DNA from: Eubacteriales bacterium
GTDB taxonomy: Bacteria; Bacillota; Clostridia; Oscillospirales; Oscillospiraceae
Direction of reading: 5' to 3'
Length of the DNA stretch: 64,000 nucleotides
Assembly: GCA_030529725.1 (NCBI GenBank)
Contig: JAUMWI010000002.1
Location: 13,639-77,638, forward strand
Shown here: piece after piece, positions 58,224-64,000 of the stretch
Position numbering within the stretch: position 1 is the first letter of the stretch
Layout: each line of letters starts with the position of its first letter
Made by a program: the position numbers and the translations under genes
The notes under the pieces: model-generated
The model's input: only the letters and a program-made list of their open reading frames with translations
What the model was told of the DNA's origin: nothing
The model's database searches: none

Positions 58224-58904
58224 ATGGCACGTAATATTCTCGTTGTGGAGGACGACAACAACATCTCACATCTTATCAAGATGTATCTGGATAAAGAGGG
58301 TTTTGAGGTGCGTATTGCGCCTGACGGCGGCAAGGCCGTGGACGAATTTCGCGCGCAGGAGCCTGACCTTGTGCTGCTCGATGTGATGCTGCCTGTGCTT
58401 GACGGCTGGGGCGTATGTGCCAAGATCCGAGAAGCAAGCAAATGCCCGATCATCATGCTCACCGCAAAAGGGGAACTGGATGACAAGCTCCACGGACTTG
58501 AGATGGGCGCGGACGACTATCTTGTTAAGCCCTTTGAAATGCCCGAGCTGATCGCGCGTATCAATGCGGTGCTGCGCCGCACGGAGATTCCCGATGATAC
58601 GAAAAAGAAGCTTGTTTTCGACAAGCTTGTCATCAATCTTGATTCCTATGAGCTGCTCGTTGACGGGAAGAAGATCGACACGCCGCCCAAAGAGCTGGAG
58701 CTTCTGTATCATCTTGCCGCAACGCCCAACCGTGTTTATACGCGCAACCAGCTTCTTGACGAAGTGTGGGGCTTTGATTACTTCGGCGACAGCCGCACGG
58801 TGGATGTGCACGTGAAACGCCTGCGCGAAAAGGTGGAAAATATCAGCGATGAGTGGGCGCTCAAGACTGTTTGGGGCGTCGGCTATAAGTTTGAGGTGAA
58901 GTAG
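58224..58904 (+). CDS. OmpR-family response regulator
   Basis: Start MARNILVVEDD. Contains LVLLDVMLPVLDG and a C-terminal winged helix (WGVGYKF). Confidence 0.92.
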   Translation: MARNILVVEDDNNISHLIKMYLDKEGFEVRIAPDGGKAVDEFRAQEPDLVLLDVMLPVLDGWGVCAKIREASKCPIIMLTAKGELDDKLHGLEMGADDYLVKPFEMPELIARINAVLRRTEIPDDTKKKLVFDKLVINLDSYELLVDGKKIDTPPKELELLYHLAATPNRVYTRNQLLDEVWGFDYFGDSRTVDVHVKRLREKVENISDEWALKTVWGVGYKFEVK

Positions 58905-58950
58905 GACCCGACCGTCACGGCGGTCGGAGCTTGACTGGCAGAGGATTCAC

Positions 58951-60393
58951 ATGAAGAAGTGGAAGATACCGGTACAGTTTAAAACGATCTACTGGCAGAA
59001 CTTTATGCTCACGGCCAGCGTTGTCATGCTGACGCTGGTGCTGCTCGGCACTTCCTTTTTTGCACTGTCTTACGGCTATGCGCTTGACGAGCGCAGCGAG
59101 GAGATGCAGAACAAGGCAACGGTCGTTTCGAATATGGTCTCGTCCTATGTAGACGGTGGATCGCTTTCGGGGATGCAGGAGCTTGCAAGATTTGCTGCTT
59201 CTGTCACGGATGAGGACTTTCTCATTTGCAATCGGGACGGCAATGTGCTGCTCACCACGGATGCCGCACTTGTGAATCGCGTGCTGATGCTGCCGGACGA
59301 AGTTCTCAAGGAGCTTTTTGCGGAGGAATCCTATACAGAGCGGACAACGCTCGGAAATATTTACGAGGAAAAACACTTTGTTGTGGGTGTTCCGATCTGC
59401 GCACGCGGACAGATTGTGGGTGCAGTGCTGGCAGTGTCGGAGACGCGTGCACTTACCGCCATGTGGCGTGCATTTTTCAGCATGTTTTTCATGACGACGG
59501 TCACGGTGCTTCTGCTTGCCTTTGTGGTCAGTGCCTGGGTCAGCATGCGTCAGTCCCAGCCGATCCGCGAGATGGCGGCGGCGACGCGCCGTTTTGCTGA
59601 CGGCGACTTCAATGTGCGTATGCACAACTACGAGGAAGTGTCCGAGATTGCAGAGCTGGCGGTCTCGTTCAACAACATGGCGGATTCGCTTCAGGAGACG
59701 GAGCGACAGCGCCGCGAGTTTATCGCAAACGTCTCCCATGAGCTGAAAACACCCATGACGACCATCGCCGGATATACCGACGGCATTCTCGACGGTACGA
59801 TTCCGCCCAGCGAAGAAAAGCCGTATCTGCGCATCATCTCGAATGAAGCCCGCCGCCTTTCCCGTCTGGTGCGCCGCATGCTCGAGGTCTCGCAGCTTCA
59901 GTCGCGCGATCTGCAGCGTGCGCCGTTCGACGTGTGCGAAAGCATGCGCCGCGTGCTGATCTCGCTGGAAAAGAAGATCACTGACCGCGGGTTGGACGTT
60001 CAGGCGGATATCCCCGAAGAAGCGGTCACGGTGACCGGTGACAACGACCTCATCACGCAGGTCATCTATAATCTCCTGGAAAATGCAACCAAGTTTGCCC
60101 GCCGCGGATCGACACTCTATCTGGGACTTGTAGTTTCCAACGGAAAAGCGTTTGTTTCGATCCGCAACGAGGGTGACACCATTCCGGCGGAGGAGATTCC
60201 ACTGCTGTTTGAACGCTTTCACAAGAGCGATAAGTCCCGCAATCAGGATAAGGACGGCGTGGGACTCGGACTTTACATTGTTCGCACCATTTTGGAGCAG
60301 CATAAGGAGCATATTGCCGTCACCAGTGAAAACGGACTGACGACCTTTACCTTTACGCTTTCTCTCAATGGAAGCAGCCAGCTTCAGCAGTAA
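58951..60393 (+). CDS. sensor histidine kinase (2 TM, HAMP, HisKA, HATPase)
   Basis: H-box FIANVSHELKTPMT, N-box NLLENATKF and G-box DGVGLGLYIV. Confidence 0.92.
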   Translation: MKKWKIPVQFKTIYWQNFMLTASVVMLTLVLLGTSFFALSYGYALDERSEEMQNKATVVSNMVSSYVDGGSLSGMQELARFAASVTDEDFLICNRDGNVLLTTDAALVNRVLMLPDEVLKELFAEESYTERTTLGNIYEEKHFVVGVPICARGQIVGAVLAVSETRALTAMWRAFFSMFFMTTVTVLLLAFVVSAWVSMRQSQPIREMAAATRRFADGDFNVRMHNYEEVSEIAELAVSFNNMADSLQETERQRREFIANVSHELKTPMTTIAGYTDGILDGTIPPSEEKPYLRIISNEARRLSRLVRRMLEVSQLQSRDLQRAPFDVCESMRRVLISLEKKITDRGLDVQADIPEEAVTVTGDNDLITQVIYNLLENATKFARRGSTLYLGLVVSNGKAFVSIRNEGDTIPAEEIPLLFERFHKSDKSRNQDKDGVGLGLYIVRTILEQHKEHIAVTSENGLTTFTFTLSLNGSSQLQQ

Positions 60394-60405
60394 CGGAGCA
60401 GAAAT

Positions 60406-61695
60406 ATGGATGAAGAAAACAACAATTTGAGCCTGTCCCGCGAGCAGGGTATCCAAGAGGTCGTGCTGCACTATGAGCAAACAGCGCAGCCGATCGTGGA
60501 GTACTATGTACAGCCTGCGCCACTGCCGGGAAGGAAACAGTCGCAGCCGGCTCCGTTTACCCCGAAAAGACACCGCGGACGGAATTTTTTTCTTGTGTGC
60601 CTTGCCGCTGTGCTTTTGTCGGGTGGGACAATTGTCGCGCTGCATATGTCCGGCGTGATCGGTACGGCGGATACGAAGCCGTCCAATGTCTACGAATGGC
60701 GCGTTCCCTCTGCAGGAGAGGAGAGCAAAACGAGCATTCCGGCCTACCCCAACGGTGATGGGACGAAGCTGCGCTATGAGGAGACCCATGGAGACACGCT
60801 GACCATTCAGCAGGTCTATGAAAAAGTCAATCCCTCCACCGTAACGGTGATGACAGGATTGCCGAACGGCAATGCGATGGTCGGCACCGGTGTAATTTTT
60901 ACGCAGGACGGCTATATTCTTACCAACGCCCATGTGATCGTCGGCGGTACGGAGTGCTATGTGGTGCTGATCACGGGCGAGTGCTTTGAAGCAAAGCTTG
61001 TGGGCTTTGACGAAGAAAAGGATCTTGCCGTCATCAAGGTCGACGGTCATGATCTCCCTGCGGCGCAGTTCGGTGATTCCGATGCGCTTACCGTCGGTGA
61101 CACGGTCTATGCCATCGGTAATCCGCTCGGTGTCAATCTGCGCGGCACGCTGACGGACGGCATCGTCTCCGCCATCAACCGCGATGTCTATGTGGGCGGA
61201 ACGACCATGACGCTGATTCAAACCAATGCCGCACTCAACAACGGCAACTCCGGCGGCCCGCTGATCAATCAGTACGGACAGGTCGTGGGCATCAACACGA
61301 TGAAGATGGGCTCATCGACCACCATGAGTGTGGAGGGCCTCGGCTTCGCAATTCCGATCGCATCCACTGCGTATATGATCAACGACCTTATTGCCTACGG
61401 TGAGATCCACGGTGAAGTTGTTATCGGCATTACGGTACTCAACGCATCGGCTGCCGCCGCGGATGGCGGCACAGGACTGGAGATCGCTGAGGTCGTCAAA
61501 AACGGCCCCGGGGAGCAGGCAGGCATTCAGGTCGGGGATTATGTCCTTGCCGCGGACGGGGAGCGGCTCACCTCATCCAACGATCTCATCCGCATTCGCC
61601 GCCGTCATGAAGCCGGTGAAATACTCCGCCTTACCATGGAGCGGGACGGTAAACAGTATACAGCCGAAGTGATCCTGCGTGAATCCGCAAAATAG
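60406..61695 (+). CDS. HtrA/DegP-type S1C serine protease with a PDZ domain
   Basis: N-terminal anchor. Catalytic motifs TNAHV and GNSGGPL. C-terminal PDZ domain. Confidence 0.9.
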   Translation: MDEENNNLSLSREQGIQEVVLHYEQTAQPIVEYYVQPAPLPGRKQSQPAPFTPKRHRGRNFFLVCLAAVLLSGGTIVALHMSGVIGTADTKPSNVYEWRVPSAGEESKTSIPAYPNGDGTKLRYEETHGDTLTIQQVYEKVNPSTVTVMTGLPNGNAMVGTGVIFTQDGYILTNAHVIVGGTECYVVLITGECFEAKLVGFDEEKDLAVIKVDGHDLPAAQFGDSDALTVGDTVYAIGNPLGVNLRGTLTDGIVSAINRDVYVGGTTMTLIQTNAALNNGNSGGPLINQYGQVVGINTMKMGSSTTMSVEGLGFAIPIASTAYMINDLIAYGEIHGEVVIGITVLNASAAAADGGTGLEIAEVVKNGPGEQAGIQVGDYVLAADGERLTSSNDLIRIRRRHEAGEILRLTMERDGKQYTAEVILRESAK

Positions 61696-61711
61696 CGGGA
61701 GAAGAATAACC

Positions 61712-61750
61712 AAAAAAAGAGGGGAAGTCCTACGGATTCCCCTCTTTTTT
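61712..61750. terminator. bidirectional terminator (htrA / tauE-like convergent)
   Basis: Stem AGAGGGGAAGTCC / GGATTCCCCTCT flanked by an A-run and a T-run. It overlaps the last codons of the minus-strand gene. Confidence 0.7.
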
Positions 61751-62098
61751 CAGCAACATCGACACTCCTGCGTAAAGCAGGAACAAACCAAACGGCTTGC
61801 GGAACAGTGTGATGTCAACGGATGTTGCGACCCACGCCGCAGCGAGCGCACAAAGCGTGCCGAGCGGAATGGCACATTTGAGGACATCCTTTTCAAGATA
61901 TCCGTTTTTGCGGTGGAAAAACAGCGACGCGCCGGCGGTGGGCAGGAAATACAGTAGATTGATCCCCTGTGCCGACTGCTGATCGACGCCAAGAAAAAGC
62001 GTCATGCACAGAAGCAGCAGTGTTCCGCCGCCGATGCCCCATGCTGAGAGAATGCCGGTGCCAAAGCCGCACAGCGCGGGCAGCAACCATGTTTTCAT
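61730..62098 (-). CDS. half-size (4-TM) TauE/SafE (TSUP) family protein, downstream half
   Basis: 122 aa. Start MKTWLLPALCGFGTGILSAWGIGGGTLLL. ATGA overlap with the upstream half. Confidence 0.75.
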   Translation of the reverse strand: MKTWLLPALCGFGTGILSAWGIGGGTLLLLCMTLFLGVDQQSAQGINLLYFLPTAGASLFFHRKNGYLEKDVLKCAIPLGTLCALAAAWVATSVDITLFRKPFGLFLLYAGVSMLLKKEGNP

Positions 62099-62448
62099 GT
62101 CAGATACCTCCAGGCGCCATATAGCAGAAATAGTGCAAAAATGCGCCGCAGCCAGACATTCGGCACATTTTTGAAAAGCTTTCCGCCGACCAACCCACCT
62201 GCTGCGCCACCGAGCAGATACGGAAGAGCTTGCACCAGCGGAAGCTCGCAGCGATAAAAATAAACCACGGCGGAAACAACGCACAGCGGAAAGATGACGG
62301 CTACACAGGTGGCAAATGCCTTCTTTTCCTCTACCGTTGCCCAGCGCGTGAGCAATACGAGCAGCGGAATGCCGCCGCCTCCGCCGAAGATACCATTCAC
62401 AATACCTGCCACAGCACCGGCAATGCGGTACTTGTGCTTGTTGCCCAT
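62095..62448 (-). CDS. half-size (4-TM) TauE/SafE (TSUP) family protein, upstream half
   Basis: 117 aa. Start MGNKHKYRIAGAVAGIVNGIFGGGGGIPLLV. Confidence 0.75.
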   Translation of the reverse strand: MGNKHKYRIAGAVAGIVNGIFGGGGGIPLLVLLTRWATVEEKKAFATCVAVIFPLCVVSAVVYFYRCELPLVQALPYLLGGAAGGLVGGKLFKNVPNVWLRRIFALFLLYGAWRYLT

Positions 62449-62522
62449 GCTATCACCCCAACAGACCCAACAGATAAGTATTTGCCGCCCGCAGGCGGCA
62501 AATTGCCCTTGTGAAAGGAGCG

Positions 62523-62711
62523 TTAGTCCTTGCGGAAGCTCTGGCAGTCGGTGCACTGATCCATAGTGGGGTTGGTCTCGTGAGTGCCGACCTGAATGGA
62601 ATTGAGGCCGCAGTACTGGGCATCCTGGCAGTGGTGAGTGCAGGAAGTCACGGTACACTTGATGGAGGTGTTGGGTGTGCAGGCGCAGCCGCCGTTGGTA
62701 CGATCAGTCAT
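62523..62711 (-). CDS. DUF1540 Cys-rich small protein
   Basis: 62 aa with an AGGAGG RBS and two C-x-V-x-x-C-x-H repeats (IKCTVTSCTHH). Confidence 0.8.
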   Translation of the reverse strand: MTDRTNGGCACTPNTSIKCTVTSCTHHCQDAQYCGLNSIQVGTHETNPTMDQCTDCQSFRKD

Positions 62712-62800
62712 TTGAAAATTCCTCCTGAATTTTTTATTTTGGTGTTTGCCGAGCTTAGTTTGCACCGCCACACAGCAAATATGCGCAAAAACATAGGACA

Positions 62801-62833
62801 AAAAAACGTTCTGCCGCGGCAGAACGTTTTTTT
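62801..62833. terminator. bidirectional terminator after trkH
   Basis: Palindrome AAAAAACGTTCTGCCG / CGGCAGAACGTTTTTT. Confidence 0.8.
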
Positions 62834-62842
62834 GATTAAAAT

Positions 62843-64000
62843 TTATTTTTTGCGCCACACGCTCGGAAACAGCAGCACCAGAAGCGGCATGATTTCGAGC
62901 CTTCCGAACAGCATTGTGATGCTCAGCGAAAGCTTGCTCAGATCGGAGAAAAAGGCATAATTTTGCGTGGGGCCGACCTGTGAAAGACCGGGGCCGACAT
63001 TTGATAGCGCAGACAGAGATGCGCTGAACGCAGTTTCAAAAGTTGCGTTGTCCAGAGACACAACGGTCGTGCAAAGCAGCAGGATCGCGATGTAGGTGAA
63101 GAAAAAGGCAGAAACGGAGGAGACGGTTTCTTCCTCTATGCGCGTGCCGTCAAGCGTAATGGGATGGACACTGCGGGAGTGGAGGATCCGCTTCAGCTCA
63201 CGATGCAGACTTTTAAAAAGTACCAGGATGCGGGAAATCTTAATGCCGCCGGAGGTCGATCCGGCGCAGCCGCCGCTGAACATGACGAGCAGCAGCAAAA
63301 GCTTACTGAAGTTCGGCCAAAGATCAAAGTCTGATTTCCCAAAGCCGGTCGTTGAGATCAGGGTGACCACCTGGAAGGCAGCATCAGAAACGGCGGAATA
63401 AAGACCCGCGCCTGTTTTGACAATCAGGTCAATGGCAATGATAGCCGCGAAAAAGAGGACGATGAGTGAATAAACGTGCAATTCTTCACTTTTGAGCGCG
63501 TCCCTCCACTGACCGCGGACGGCAAAAAACAAGAGCGAAAAATTGATTGCCGCAAGAAACATAAAGACAATGACGATCCAGACGACAGCCTCAGACTGAT
63601 AATAAGCAATACTCTCATCACGCACGGAAAAACCGCCTGTTGAGATGGTGGTGAGTGAAGTGGTAATACTGTCGAACCAGGTCAGACCTGCAATGCGCAG
63701 CAGCAGCGCTTCCGCTGTGGTGAGCGCAATATAGATAAAATAGAGAATTTTTGCGGTTTCTCTTGTTTTGGGGCGCAGCTTCGTGCTGATCGGGCCGGGG
63801 CTTTCCGCCTTCATCAGATTTATACTGCCCTGCCCGATCGACGGGAAGATGGCAAGCACCATCACAAGAATACCCATTCCACCCATCCATTGCGTCATTG
63901 CGCGCCAGAACTGGATGCCGCGGCTGAGTGATGCGGGAGATCCAAAGATCGAGGCGCCCGTGGTCGTGAGGCCGGAGACTGTTTCAAATATCGCATCCAC
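62843..64000 (-). CDS. TrkH/KtrB-family potassium uptake protein (5' end outside the window)
   Basis: 385 aa visible. Repeated pore-loop motifs (TTTGAS, STGGFS, STTGFG, SNVGPG). Confidence 0.9.
   Translation of the reverse strand: MDAIFETVSGLTTTGASIFGSPASLSRGIQFWRAMTQWMGGMGILVMVLAIFPSIGQGSINLMKAESPGPISTKLRPKTRETAKILYFIYIALTTAEALLLRIAGLTWFDSITTSLTTISTGGFSVRDESIAYYQSEAVVWIVIVFMFLAAINFSLLFFAVRGQWRDALKSEELHVYSLIVLFFAAIIAIDLIVKTGAGLYSAVSDAAFQVVTLISTTGFGKSDFDLWPNFSKLLLLLVMFSGGCAGSTSGGIKISRILVLFKSLHRELKRILHSRSVHPITLDGTRIEEETVSSVSAFFFTYIAILLLCTTVVSLDNATFETAFSASLSALSNVGPGLSQVGPTQNYAFFSDLSKLSLSITMLFGRLEIMPLLVLLFPSVWRKK

Noticed and set aside
58915-61221. Minus-strand ORF of 768 aa
   Set aside because: It is antisense to the histidine kinase and HtrA genes, both of which carry complete catalytic motifs on the plus strand.
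1-64000. Genomic island, prophage or transposon
   Set aside because: I recognised no integrase, transposase, recombinase, phage structural or conjugation gene in any frame. The only mobile-element hints are the tRNA-Tyr 3' duplication and the small sigma-r4 operon, both reported as findings.

Overview
This 64 kb window reads as ordinary chromosomal backbone of a high-GC (about 55-60%), Gram-positive, anaerobic spore-former. I infer Clostridia, probably Oscillospiraceae/Ruminococcaceae-like, from gene content: a HydABC bifurcating [FeFe]-hydrogenase, class III RNR, spoIID, spoVAC, DUF1540, an SLH-anchored wall protein and AGGAGG-type RBSs. I support 58 protein-coding genes and 4 tRNAs (Ser-GGA, Tyr-GTA, Thr-TGT, Gly-GCC). 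I also support a glycine riboswitch, a cobalamin riboswitch, several sigma-A-type promoters and operators, and many intrinsic terminators. I saw no rRNA, CRISPR array, transposase, integrase or prophage block. Most long track ORFs lying antisense to these genes look like GC-driven artefacts. The best leads for something undescribed are: (1) a terminator-flanked, cloverleaf-like ~100-nt element that ends in a 24/25-nt copy of the tRNA-Tyr 3' end, 141 bp downstream of the real tRNA-Tyr; (2) a two-gene G3E/COG0523 metallochaperone module, one gene with a duplicated His/Cys-rich insert and the other a divergent P-loop fused to a DUF1980-like CC-motif domain, sitting next to an XRE-S24 autocleavable repressor; (3) four ACAAG-N3-CTTGT operator sites phased exactly 31 bp apart upstream of that repressor; (4) a tight DnaA-box cluster upstream of a divergent type IIA topoisomerase whose B and A subunit genes are split by a B12-riboswitch uptake cassette, with a 15-19 bp hairpin occluding the A-subunit RBS; (5) an in-frame KdpD-N/KdpE-C chimeric ORF; (6) a 632-aa DUF4914-type P-loop protein of unknown function. 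All family assignments come from reading the translations and recalling motifs. No database search was run.
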